Part shown: positions 30,327-39,357 of the stretch, piece by piece | How positions within the stretch are numbered: position 1 is the first letter of the stretch | Layout: each line of letters starts with the position of its first letter | Assembly (NCBI GenBank): GCA_965203175.1 | Contig: OZ241867.1 | Coordinates: 5,280,001 to 5,344,000 of the forward strand | DNA length: 64,000 nt | Reading direction: 5' to 3' | DNA from: Candidatus Latescibacterota bacterium | Lineage (GTDB): Bacteria > Latescibacterota > UBA2968 > UBA8231 | Notes under the pieces: model-generated | Told to the model about the DNA's origin: nothing | Database searches by the model: none | Seen by the model: only the letters and a program-made list of their open reading frames with translations | Position numbers and translations under genes: made by a program

Positions 30327-31706
30327 ATGACCCTGCATCTTTTTGATACCTATGCCCGCCAAGAGCGCCCCTTCACACCGCTCGCGCCTCCTCAAGTCCG
30401 CCTGTATGCCTGCGGCCCGACCGTGTACAACTACCAGCACATCGGCAACCTGCGCACCTATATCTTCGAAGACATCCTGCGGCGAGCCCTCGAATACAGC
30501 GGCTATGAGGTCCACCACGTCGTCAACATCACCGACGTGGGGCACCTAACCTCCGACGCGGACACCGGCGAGGACAAGATGGAAGCCGGCTCGCGGCGCA
30601 CCGGCCTGACAGCTTGGGAAATCGCCGAGCGCTACACCGCGGATTTCCAAGAGAAGCTCGAATGGCTCAACGTGCTCGCGCCTCACGTCTGGTGCCGGGC
30701 CACCGACCACATTCGCGAGCAGATCGCGGCCATCGCCGCCATTGAGGAAAAAGGCTACGCGTACCGCACGGACGACGGCCTGTACTTCGACACTTCGCGC
30801 CTGAGCGACTACGGCCACCTCGCCCGCCTCGACATCGAGGGCCTGCAAGGCGGTCAGCGCGTCGATCTTGGGCAGAAGCGCCGCGTCACGGACTTCGCGC
30901 TGTGGAAGTTCAGCCCAGAAAAGACGCAGCGACAGATGGAATGGGACAGCCCGTGGGGGCGCGGCTTTCCCGGCTGGCACATCGAATGCACGGCCATGGC
31001 GGCCAAGTACTTGGGGCCGTACTTTGACATCCACTGCGGCGGCGAGGATCACATTCCAGTCCACCACACCAACGAGATCGCCCAATCCCAAGCCTGCTAC
31101 GACACGCGGCTGGCCGAATTTTGGCTCCACGGCGCGTTTTTGCAACTCGACGGGGAGAAGATGTCCAAGTCAAGCGGCGATTTCCTGCGCCTCGAATCCC
31201 TCGTCGAAGAAGGGTACGACCCCCTCGCCTATCGCTTTTTCTGCCTCGGGGCGCGCTACCGGGCCAAGCTCTCCTTTAGCTGGGAGAGCCTCGCCGGCGC
31301 GGCCACGGCCCTCGACCGGCTGCGCGCCGCCGCCCACGCCTGGGGTGCGCCGTCTGAACCCGAAGACCGCTACGTGGCCGCGTTCAAAGAGCGCGTCGAG
31401 GACGACCTCAACATGCCGCGCGTCCTCGCCCTGTGCTGGGAACTCGTAGCCGATGATCTTTCCGACGCCGTCAAGAAGGCCACGCTCCTGCACTTCGATC
31501 AGGTCATGGGCTTGGGACTAGCCACGTGGACGCCGCAAGAGGAGGCCATACCCAACTCGATTCACGCGCTCGCCGCTCAGCGCCAACAGGCCCGTGACAC
31601 CAAGGACTGGTCCACGGCCGACGCCCTGCGCGACGAAATCGCCGCAGCCGGCTACGAAATCGAAGACACCCCCCAAGGCCCCAACATCCGCCCGCGCAAA
31701 ACCTAA
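30327..31706 (+). CDS. cysS: Cysteine--tRNA ligase
   Basis: CGPTVY..HIGN, GFPGWHIEC, KMSKS. Confidence 0.97.
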   Translation: MTLHLFDTYARQERPFTPLAPPQVRLYACGPTVYNYQHIGNLRTYIFEDILRRALEYSGYEVHHVVNITDVGHLTSDADTGEDKMEAGSRRTGLTAWEIAERYTADFQEKLEWLNVLAPHVWCRATDHIREQIAAIAAIEEKGYAYRTDDGLYFDTSRLSDYGHLARLDIEGLQGGQRVDLGQKRRVTDFALWKFSPEKTQRQMEWDSPWGRGFPGWHIECTAMAAKYLGPYFDIHCGGEDHIPVHHTNEIAQSQACYDTRLAEFWLHGAFLQLDGEKMSKSSGDFLRLESLVEEGYDPLAYRFFCLGARYRAKLSFSWESLAGAATALDRLRAAAHAWGAPSEPEDRYVAAFKERVEDDLNMPRVLALCWELVADDLSDAVKKATLLHFDQVMGLGLATWTPQEEAIPNSIHALAAQRQQARDTKDWSTADALRDEIAAAGYEIEDTPQGPNIRPRKT

Positions 31707-31720
31707 CCGAACGGACGCCC

Positions 31721-33208
31721 ATGTCCCGCATCCTCGTCGCCGAGTGCAAGCAAGAAATCTCCTCCTTCAACCCGGTCATCGGCACGTACGACAATTTCTC
31801 CGTCCGCCGCGGTCCTGAGTTGCTCACCTATCACCAAGGCCGCGAGACCGAGTTGTGCGGTGCCTTGCAGGTCTTCGCCGACAGCCACGTTGACGTCATC
31901 CCCACGTACGGGGCCGTTGCCCCCTCGGCCGGGCCTTTAGACCAACAGGACTTCGAGCGCCTTGCCGCCGATCTGCTCGACGCGGTCACGCCGCACCTAG
32001 CCGAAGCCGACGGCATGTACTTCTGCCTGCACGGGGCCATGGGTTGCACTGAAGAGTTGGACCCGGAGGGCTACTTGCTACAAGAGATTCACCGCAGCGC
32101 TGGCCCCGACTTCCCCATCGTGATCTCGCAAGACCTCCACGGCATCCTCACCCACCGCATGTTGGAACACTCGAACGGCCTCGCCATTTATCACACCTAC
32201 CCGCACGTCGATTTGGCCGACACCGGCCGCCGCGCCGCGTACTTGCTCCTCCAAGTCCTCGCCGGCGCGCAGCCCGTAGTGGCCCGCGTGCGAGTGCCCG
32301 CGCTCGTGCGCGGCAACGAACTCATCACCGCCTCCGGCGTGTACGGAGAGAGCATCCGCTACTGCCAAGCCCTAGAGGAGCAGCCCGACATTCTCGCCGC
32401 TGGCATGATGATCGGCAACCCGTTCACCGATGTGCCCGAGCTGTGCTCCCAAGCCATCGTCGTGGCCGATGCCGACCCCGACCTCGCCCGCGGCGAGGCC
32501 CTGCACCTCGCCGCTGACTTCTGGGAACGACGAGCACTCATGCAGCCCGACCTCGTATCCGTCGAAGACGCCGTCGCCCAAGCCGCCCAATACAGCGGTC
32601 CAGTGCTCTTCACCGACGCGGCCGATGCGCCCTCCTCGGGTGCAACCGGCGACAGCAACGTGCTGCTCCAAGCTCTGCACGCCAACGGCTACTCCGGTCA
32701 AGTGCTCGCGCCGCTAGTGGATGCACCCGCCGTGTACATGGCCCACGACGCCGGGCTCGGCGCGCGCATCCACGTGGTTTTGGGCGGCTCGCTCGACTCG
32801 CGCTTTGCCCCGCTCGACCTAGAAGTCGAAGTCACCCAACTCGGCGACGGCGAATATCTCTGCGAATCTTGGAACACGCCCCAGCACGCCGGGCCTACAG
32901 CCGTGCTGGAAAGCGACAGCCTCACCATCGTCTGCGTCAGCCGCTCGGTACCCTTTATCGATCGCTCAGTCTTTATCGCCCACGACATCAATCCCAAGGA
33001 CTACGACCTCATCGTCATCAAGTCGCCACACTGCCAGTGGCACTTTTTCGACGAATGGGCCGAGATAAACTTCAACACCGATGCCCCCGGCTCGACCAGC
33101 GCGAATTTGCCCACCCTCGGGCACAGCATCTGCCAGCGGCCCATGTACCCCCTCGAACTCGATGCCCCTTTTACCCCGGTCGCCGAAATGTTCGGCACAG
33201 GAGCCTAG
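31721..33208 (+). CDS. M81 (MlrC-like) metallopeptidase
   Basis: QEISSF, LHGAM, DLHG, TYPHVD, D.ADAPSSG..GD, IKS. Confidence 0.88.
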   Translation: MSRILVAECKQEISSFNPVIGTYDNFSVRRGPELLTYHQGRETELCGALQVFADSHVDVIPTYGAVAPSAGPLDQQDFERLAADLLDAVTPHLAEADGMYFCLHGAMGCTEELDPEGYLLQEIHRSAGPDFPIVISQDLHGILTHRMLEHSNGLAIYHTYPHVDLADTGRRAAYLLLQVLAGAQPVVARVRVPALVRGNELITASGVYGESIRYCQALEEQPDILAAGMMIGNPFTDVPELCSQAIVVADADPDLARGEALHLAADFWERRALMQPDLVSVEDAVAQAAQYSGPVLFTDAADAPSSGATGDSNVLLQALHANGYSGQVLAPLVDAPAVYMAHDAGLGARIHVVLGGSLDSRFAPLDLEVEVTQLGDGEYLCESWNTPQHAGPTAVLESDSLTIVCVSRSVPFIDRSVFIAHDINPKDYDLIVIKSPHCQWHFFDEWAEINFNTDAPGSTSANLPTLGHSICQRPMYPLELDAPFTPVAEMFGTGA

Positions 33209-33212
33209 CTTT

Positions 33213-33974
33213 ATGCCTGCCATCAAACAATCCGTCTGCTTCAATCCCTTCGCCGGCAGCGGCCTCAGCCCGCAGGAACTCGTCGCGGCCGCCGCCCGCA
33301 TCGGCTACCAATCCGTAGAAATGGCGGCCCAAGAACACTGGCCGCTCATCCAAGACCACGGCCTTGCCATTGCCATCGTCTCCGGCCACGCTTCCCTGCC
33401 CGACGGCCTCAACAAGCCCGAAAACCACGACCGCATCGAAGACGAACTCCTCGCCAACATTGACCTCGCCGTTGAATGCGGCATTCCCTCGCTGATTTGC
33501 TTTTCCGGCAACTGCGAGGGCCGCTCCTCAGAAGAGGGCCTCGCCAACTGCGTCGCCGGTCTGCGTCGCGTCACCGGTGCCGCCGAGGAAAAAGGCATTA
33601 CCCTCTGCATGGAATTGCTCAACTCGCGCGTCAACCACCCCGACTATCAGTGCGACCGCACTGCCTGGGGCGTGGCCCTGTGCCGGGCCGTCGACTCGCC
33701 CCGGTTCAAGCTGCTCTACGACATCTACCACATGCAGATCATGGAAGGTGATCTCATCCGCAACATCACCGACCACATCGACTGCATCGGCCACTTCCAC
33801 ACCGCCGGCAATCCTGGACGCCAAGACCTCGACGACCAGCAGGAGATTTACTACCCGCCGATCATGCAGGCCATCGCCGCGACCTCCTACGATGCCTACG
33901 TCGGCCACGAGTACCGGCCCAAGGGCGATCCCGTTGATTCGCTCGAACACGCCTTCTCCGTCTGCGATGCCTGA
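33213..33974 (+). CDS. Hydroxypyruvate isomerase-like TIM-barrel protein
   Basis: MELLNSRVNHPDY, LLYDIYHMQIMEGD, HFHTAGNPGR, GHEY. Confidence 0.85.
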   Translation: MPAIKQSVCFNPFAGSGLSPQELVAAAARIGYQSVEMAAQEHWPLIQDHGLAIAIVSGHASLPDGLNKPENHDRIEDELLANIDLAVECGIPSLICFSGNCEGRSSEEGLANCVAGLRRVTGAAEEKGITLCMELLNSRVNHPDYQCDRTAWGVALCRAVDSPRFKLLYDIYHMQIMEGDLIRNITDHIDCIGHFHTAGNPGRQDLDDQQEIYYPPIMQAIAATSYDAYVGHEYRPKGDPVDSLEHAFSVCDA

Positions 33975-34776
33975 GATAACAGTCGCGCCCACCGGCGGCG
34001 CGCTCGGTGCTGAGATCAAAGGCGGCGACCTGTCCGCACCGCTGGCACCCGCCCAAGTCGCGCAGGTGCGCCAAGCACTACTCGACCACGGCGTGGTCTT
34101 CTTTCGCCAGCAGCAACTCAGCGATGAGGACCAGGTGCGCTTCACCGCGTACTTTGGCAAACCCGTGCCGCACGTGCGCAAGCAGCGCCCACGGCGGGTC
34201 AAGGAGATTTTCCTCATCTCCAATGTCAAGGAAAACGGCGAGCCAATCGGCGAACTAGGCGATGAACTGATCCCCTTCCACTCGGATCTTTCCTACCTCC
34301 AGCGTCCTGGTACCCTGTCAGTACTCTACGCAGTGGAGATTCCTTCGCAGGGTGGCCAGACCCAGTGGTGCAATTGCACGGCCGCCTACGAAGCGCTCGA
34401 CGACGCTTGGAAAATCCGCCTCAAGGGAGTGCGCGCCGTGCATCGCCACTACGTCGAAGCGCAAAACCCTCCCGAGCACATCGCCCACCCCATCGTCCGC
34501 ACCCATCCCGAAACGGGGTGTCGCTCGCTCTACGTAGGGCCGCACCTGACCAAATACGTCGTCGGCCTCAACCGCCAAGACAGCGACGCCCTGCTCGGCG
34601 AACTGTACGCCCATCTCGAACAGCCGCGCTTTGTCTGGACCCATGAATGGCAAGTCGGCGATCTCGTCCTCTTCGACAACCGCCCGACCATGCACCGCCG
34701 CCTCGCCTTCCCCCCAGACCAGCGCCGCCTGATGAAACGCACTCAAGTTTTCAACGACGAAATACCTGTGGAGTGA
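33967..34776 (+). CDS. TauD/TfdA family Fe(II)/2-oxoglutarate dioxygenase
   Basis: LGAEI, FHSD, HPIVRTHPETG, WQVGDLVLFDNRPTMH. Confidence 0.9.
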   Translation: MPEITVAPTGGALGAEIKGGDLSAPLAPAQVAQVRQALLDHGVVFFRQQQLSDEDQVRFTAYFGKPVPHVRKQRPRRVKEIFLISNVKENGEPIGELGDELIPFHSDLSYLQRPGTLSVLYAVEIPSQGGQTQWCNCTAAYEALDDAWKIRLKGVRAVHRHYVEAQNPPEHIAHPIVRTHPETGCRSLYVGPHLTKYVVGLNRQDSDALLGELYAHLEQPRFVWTHEWQVGDLVLFDNRPTMHRRLAFPPDQRRLMKRTQVFNDEIPVE

Positions 34777-34870
34777 ACACTCTAATTGTATTCGATTAGA
34801 GTGTTGTTTTATCCCCATTGCAACATTGCCAGAATCGTAAAGAAACCAGCACTATCGGCTTGTCCAATGA

Positions 34871-34904
34871 TGCCATATGGCCTATCTTATATGGCAATAT
34901 TGCC
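34871..34904. promoter_or_regulatory. Nested palindromes (TGCCATAT...ATATGGCA; GCCATATGGC; GGCAATATTGCC), likely Xre-RES operator
   Basis: Seen directly upstream of the antitoxin start; function inferred from TA autoregulation. Confidence 0.5.
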
Positions 34905-34940
34905 TTAATTCCTTCACGGGAAGGAGGACGATCTCCTACC

Positions 34941-35456
34941 ATGCCTTCGTCGTCTAAGAAAAAAAATAAACCCATAGGCACCTATGTTTGGGCCTCCGAA
35001 GGCGCGAAGCCCTTGGCTACTTCGACCATCAGCGCGGATGCTCCCAACGGCCCTTCTTATGGGGCCTCTGCGGGTCTGTCGTTCAAAGATACCGGAACCC
35101 TGATCCGCCAGCTCAAGCGCGGGCTGCCGATGACCGCTTTTGACGACCTTCAAGGTGCCATGGCCGTACCAGCCAAGACCTTGGCCAGCGCGGCTAATAT
35201 CGCGGTTCGGACACTCAATCGCCGCCGCAAAGAAGGCCGCCTCCAAACCGATGAATCCGAGCGTTTATTCCGCATTGCCGCACTGTACGACCGGGCGATT
35301 GAAGTCTTGGGCGACCAAGAGCGGGCGAGAGCGTGGTTCAAAGAGCCTGTGAAGGCCCTCGGCATGAAGACGCCATTGCAATACGCCGACACTGAGCCAG
35401 GTGCCCGCGAGGTCGAAAACCTCCTTGGTCGCCTTGAGTACGGTGTATTTTCGTGA
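34941..35456 (+). CDS. Xre/MbcA/ParS-type antitoxin (DUF2384)
   Basis: RTLNRRRKEGRL..DESERL.R, W...P..ALG..TPL...DTEPGAREVE.LLGRLEYG. Confidence 0.9.
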   Translation: MPSSSKKKNKPIGTYVWASEGAKPLATSTISADAPNGPSYGASAGLSFKDTGTLIRQLKRGLPMTAFDDLQGAMAVPAKTLASAANIAVRTLNRRRKEGRLQTDESERLFRIAALYDRAIEVLGDQERARAWFKEPVKALGMKTPLQYADTEPGAREVENLLGRLEYGVFS

Positions 35457-35923
35457 TCATCCGGGCTTGGCGCATCGTCCAGATGCGCTTTGCGGGTCGG
35501 GCTTTTGAAGGAGAAGGAGCGCGTCTTTTTGGGGGACGCTGGAATCTCCGGGGCACCCCCATCATCTATACGGCGGAATCGCTGTCGTTGGCCATGCTTG
35601 AAATCCTCGTCAACCTCGACTCCGCCGCAACCCTCGACCGGTATCTGAGTATTCCAGTCGAATTTGACGACAGCCTGTGCAAGGTCCTGGCATTGGACGC
35701 CTTGCCCGATAATTGGGCGTCCGATCCGGTGCCGCCAAACGTCCAAGAGATGGGGTCTAGGTGGGCCGCCGCTCGTGAATCCGCAGTGCTCGTCGTTCCC
35801 AGTGCCGTCGTTCCGCAGGAACACAATTTCCTCTTAAATCCACAGCATCCCGACTTCGCGCAAATACGCATCGGTCGCTCTACCACATTCGACTTCGACC
35901 CGAGGCTAATTAGGGGACTTTAA
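35453..35923 (+). CDS. RES-domain toxin (NAD+ phosphorylase family)
   Basis: WRI, GGRWN, Y.AESLSLA.LE, VPSAVVP.E.N.LLNP.H. Confidence 0.92.
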   Translation: MIIRAWRIVQMRFAGRAFEGEGARLFGGRWNLRGTPIIYTAESLSLAMLEILVNLDSAATLDRYLSIPVEFDDSLCKVLALDALPDNWASDPVPPNVQEMGSRWAAARESAVLVVPSAVVPQEHNFLLNPQHPDFAQIRIGRSTTFDFDPRLIRGL

Positions 35924-35973
35924 GGTCAATGCGGTTTAGTTTGCGAATTTCAAACGGAGACAATACCATAATC

Positions 35974-35996
35974 CCTCGGCAGATCGTCTGTCGAGG
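35974..35996 (+). terminator. Hairpin downstream of the RES toxin (possible terminator)
   Basis: CCTCGGCAGA-TCG-TCTGTCGAGG stem with one G-U pair; weak U tract. Confidence 0.35.
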
Positions 35997-36041
35997 ACTG
36001 TTCCCTGCTTCAGTTTTCTCTTGCGATCTTAAATAAAAACC

Positions 36042-37016
36042 ATGTTCAAAGCACTCATCTTACATGAGCACTCTGCTCTCATCGAAGAACTCGACGAAAG
36101 CCGCCTGCCCGCTGGCGACGTAGAAATCGCCGTCGCGTATTCCTCGCTCAACTACAAAGACGGGATGATCCTCAACGGCTTGGGCGGCTTGGTCAAAACC
36201 TATCCCCACGTCCCCGGCCTTGACCTTGCCGGCACCGTCGTCCACAGCCAGAGCGACCAGTTCCAACCCGGCGATCAAGTTATATGCACTGGCTGGCGCG
36301 TCGGCGAAATCCACTGGGGCGGATACGCGCAAAAGGCGCGGCTCAAGGCCGACTGGCTCGTGCCCCTACCCGCCGGCCTCACGCTGCGCTCCGCCATGGG
36401 CTTGGGTGCTGCGGGCCTGACTGCGGCCATTTCCTTAGAAGCCCTCGAAGCCCACGGCCTCACACCCGACAAAGGCGAAGTCCTCGTCACTGGCGCGGCC
36501 GGCGGCGTCGGTTCCCTCTCCGTTTTACTATTCGCCGCGCTCGGCTACCAAGTCGCCGCCTCTACCGGCCGCCCCGAACTCGAACCCTATCTAAAAGACC
36601 TCGGTGCCCAGACCATCATCCCACGCCAAGATTTAGCCGAGCCATCCAACAAACCCTTGGAAAGTGCGCGCTGGGCCGCCTGCATCGACTCGGTCGGCGG
36701 CACCACCTTGGCCCGCGTCTTAGCCCAGATGAACTACGGGGGTTCCATCGCCGCGGTGGGCTTAGCCGGCGGTGCCCAATTCACAACCACCGTCATCCCC
36801 TTCTTGCTGCGCAGCGTCAACATCCTCGGCATTGACTCCGTGTTCTACCCAGCCGAGCGCCGCGCTGCCGCTTGGTCGCGCCTAGCCACTGAACTGCCCT
36901 TGGAAAAACTAGATCTCATCTGCACTGAGATCGGTTTAGCCGACGTCCCCCGCCTCGGCAAGGACATTTTAGCGGGCAAAGTCCAAGGCCGCGTCATCGT
37001 CAATCCCAACCAGTAA
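36042..37016 (+). CDS. acuI: Acryloyl-CoA reductase-like MDR oxidoreductase (AcuI/YhdH)
   Basis: YSSLNYKD, GE.HWGGYAQKAR, VLVTGAAGGVGS, PFLLRSV.ILGIDSV. Confidence 0.8.
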   Translation: MFKALILHEHSALIEELDESRLPAGDVEIAVAYSSLNYKDGMILNGLGGLVKTYPHVPGLDLAGTVVHSQSDQFQPGDQVICTGWRVGEIHWGGYAQKARLKADWLVPLPAGLTLRSAMGLGAAGLTAAISLEALEAHGLTPDKGEVLVTGAAGGVGSLSVLLFAALGYQVAASTGRPELEPYLKDLGAQTIIPRQDLAEPSNKPLESARWAACIDSVGGTTLARVLAQMNYGGSIAAVGLAGGAQFTTTVIPFLLRSVNILGIDSVFYPAERRAAAWSRLATELPLEKLDLICTEIGLADVPRLGKDILAGKVQGRVIVNPNQ

Positions 37017-37029
37017 GGAAAAACACACT

Positions 37030-38010
37030 ATGCGCCGCCTAACGCTTCTACTCCTCAGCCTCGCCGCCACCCTAGCTGGAGCCGATTCCAACATGCCCGG
37101 TACTGACCGCATCACCTACTTCGGCTACGAAGACTGCATCCTCCTCGAAAACGCCCACACCCGCGTCGTCCTCACCTCATCGGCCGGCCGCGTTCTCGAA
37201 TACTCGCGCAAAGGCCCCAACGCCATCTACCTCGACCCCGCGCAAGAAGGAGCGACCTTTGAGGACGGCGATCCTCGCTTCGGCCCTACCGGTGGTCGCC
37301 TCGACATCGGCCCAGAAATGATCATCCCCGCTCATCCAGACCTCTGGCTCGGGCAGTGGGAAAGCCAAATCACCGGCCCGCACTCGGCGCGCCTGACCAG
37401 CAAAGAGGACGAGCCCACCGGCGTCCAGCTCATCCGCGACTTCCAACTCGCCGAGGACTCCACCCACTTAAGCGTCACCCAGACCATCAAAAACGTCTCC
37501 GACAGCGCAAAACACTGGGGCCACTGGAGCCGCACCTTCGGCACGGGCGGCGGCATCGTAATCATTCCCCTGACGCCGAGCCGCTTCCCGGATTCCTATG
37601 TCATGTACGGCCCCGGCCCGGTCATCAACTATCGCCCCGAAGACCCCAACATCCGCATCCGCGACAACTTCCTCGAAGTCCTCTCCACGCCGCTCAGAGC
37701 CAAGCTCGGCATGGACTCGCAAGCCGGATGGTTCGCCTATCTCGACCGCAACGACCTGCTGTGGGTCAAGCGCTATCCAGTGTACCCCGACCGGCCCTAC
37801 GGCGAATTGGCTGGGCTGACTATCTCGATATGGTATTACGAGGATCTGATGTGCGAGTTGGAGCCTATTGGCCCGCGCGAGGATATACCGCCCGGCGGCG
37901 AGGCGTCCTTCACCGAGGACTGGTGGCTCCTGCCCTATACTTACCCCCAAGACGGCAGCGACCTCGACCTCGAAGCCATCAGCGCACTGGTGGAGCGAGA
38001 GGCGCGGTGA
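37030..38010 (+). CDS. Secreted hypothetical protein (galactose-mutarotase-like beta-sandwich, DUF4380-like)
   Basis: Signal peptide; GRVLEY, GGRLDIGPE, ELEPIGP, F.EDWWL. Confidence 0.55.
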   Translation: MRRLTLLLLSLAATLAGADSNMPGTDRITYFGYEDCILLENAHTRVVLTSSAGRVLEYSRKGPNAIYLDPAQEGATFEDGDPRFGPTGGRLDIGPEMIIPAHPDLWLGQWESQITGPHSARLTSKEDEPTGVQLIRDFQLAEDSTHLSVTQTIKNVSDSAKHWGHWSRTFGTGGGIVIIPLTPSRFPDSYVMYGPGPVINYRPEDPNIRIRDNFLEVLSTPLRAKLGMDSQAGWFAYLDRNDLLWVKRYPVYPDRPYGELAGLTISIWYYEDLMCELEPIGPREDIPPGGEASFTEDWWLLPYTYPQDGSDLDLEAISALVEREAR

Positions 38011-38019
38011 GTGTAAAAC

Positions 38020-39231
38020 TTAAGCCGCCAGAATCTTCTCGTACACCGCCATCCGCTCGCCTTCGCGCTCTGCTGGATCGGCTAGCTTGAGCCAGACCGC
38101 CTGATCCTTCTTGCCCGCGGCGACATTCTGTACGGCCCCCGCTTCCTCGGGCTTGAGTCCGCTCCAAATCACCTCGCCGTCCTGTAAAAAGACGTACTTG
38201 TCGGCGTGGGCGTCCAAAATTCGCTCTTGGTTGTCGCGATAAAAAAGCGCCTGCTCGCTGGCCGTCTGCCGCAGCCGCGCGATCTGCTCTGGAGGATCGG
38301 CTTCCGCCGAGTCAAATTCAGCTACCGGCGGCGTCAAACCCTCCATGGCGAAGTCGATTTCGTCCAAGTCCACCGTCCCAAAGCCGTGCTCGGCGGCCAC
38401 TGCCACCGGGCTACGATCGCGGCGGAAGGGCGGCGTCGGCCAATCGAGCCGGGGGTCAGTGCCCATTAAGTGCGAGCCACAGGCGTCAGTGGCAATGATG
38501 TGGTCACCGGCGACCAAGCAGTCGGCGATCCGTCCCTCGCCGCCCCACTCCATGCGCGCCTGACCAGTCAGCCCGTCGATAATGTTGAGGCTGGGCTGGG
38601 CAATCAGCCCGAGGTCGGGCAGGACATACGAGAGGCGGATGACGTGGTGAAAGTACGTGCGCAAGCGGCCGTGCGGCGGGATCGGCGGCAAGCCAAAGAG
38701 GTTTTTCAGGCACAGAGTAATGCCCATAAAACCGTGGTTTTTCATCTTGGCCAGGGAGACAAAGGCATCGGCCTCGCCCAAGGCCGCGGAAAGCTGGTAC
38801 TCGGAAAACATGATCCCGCCGCCGGGCACTTTGTAGCGCTCAAAGGGCGGGTCGCCAGCCTCGACGTATTCGACGCCGAATTCCTCCAAGATCGGCCTAG
38901 CGTTGAAATCGTCTCCCGGACGCTCACCCGGCGGCGCGGCACTGGTGTCGAGCGCGAAAATCTCCGCGTCGCTGCGCTCCCGCAACAGCCGCAGCACCGC
39001 CCGCATCACGTCGTCATCTACCAATTCCTGCCGCCGCCCGCCGATCCGGCGGATACTATTGGTGCGCATCTGCATGTTAATCTTGATGCCGATCCGCCGC
39101 GCCTTTTCGATCTTGGCCCACGACCGGCTCAACGGTGCGGTGATTTCCACCAGCCGGTCGTAGATCTCATCCAGCGACGCTTGGTGGCTACAGTGGGTCG
39201 CGCGGACAGTGTAATCTTTCTGATTGCTCAT
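38020..39231 (-). CDS. DUF362 domain-containing protein
   Basis: IKIN, SLAKMKNH...ITLCLKNLFG, IIDG, ATDA; GGAGGAG RBS before ATG 39231. Confidence 0.8.
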   Translation of the reverse strand: MSNQKDYTVRATHCSHQASLDEIYDRLVEITAPLSRSWAKIEKARRIGIKINMQMRTNSIRRIGGRRQELVDDDVMRAVLRLLRERSDAEIFALDTSAAPPGERPGDDFNARPILEEFGVEYVEAGDPPFERYKVPGGGIMFSEYQLSAALGEADAFVSLAKMKNHGFMGITLCLKNLFGLPPIPPHGRLRTYFHHVIRLSYVLPDLGLIAQPSLNIIDGLTGQARMEWGGEGRIADCLVAGDHIIATDACGSHLMGTDPRLDWPTPPFRRDRSPVAVAAEHGFGTVDLDEIDFAMEGLTPPVAEFDSAEADPPEQIARLRQTASEQALFYRDNQERILDAHADKYVFLQDGEVIWSGLKPEEAGAVQNVAAGKKDQAVWLKLADPAEREGERMAVYEKILAA

Positions 39232-39283
39232 AGCTCCTCCCGATTGTGAATGGACTTGGACAAATTGCACATCACGCCGTCAG

Positions 39284-39312
39284 TTGACAAGAATTAGCGG
39301 CGCTCATTATGT
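39284..39312 (+). promoter_or_regulatory. Candidate sigma70 promoter for the beta-propeller cluster
   Basis: Perfect TTGACA at 39284 followed by an imperfect -10 region (CATTAT/TTATGT). Confidence 0.35.
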
Positions 39313-39357
39313 ACCTAAGACGTTTAACCTACACTCCCGCTCTACCAAGGACTAGCC

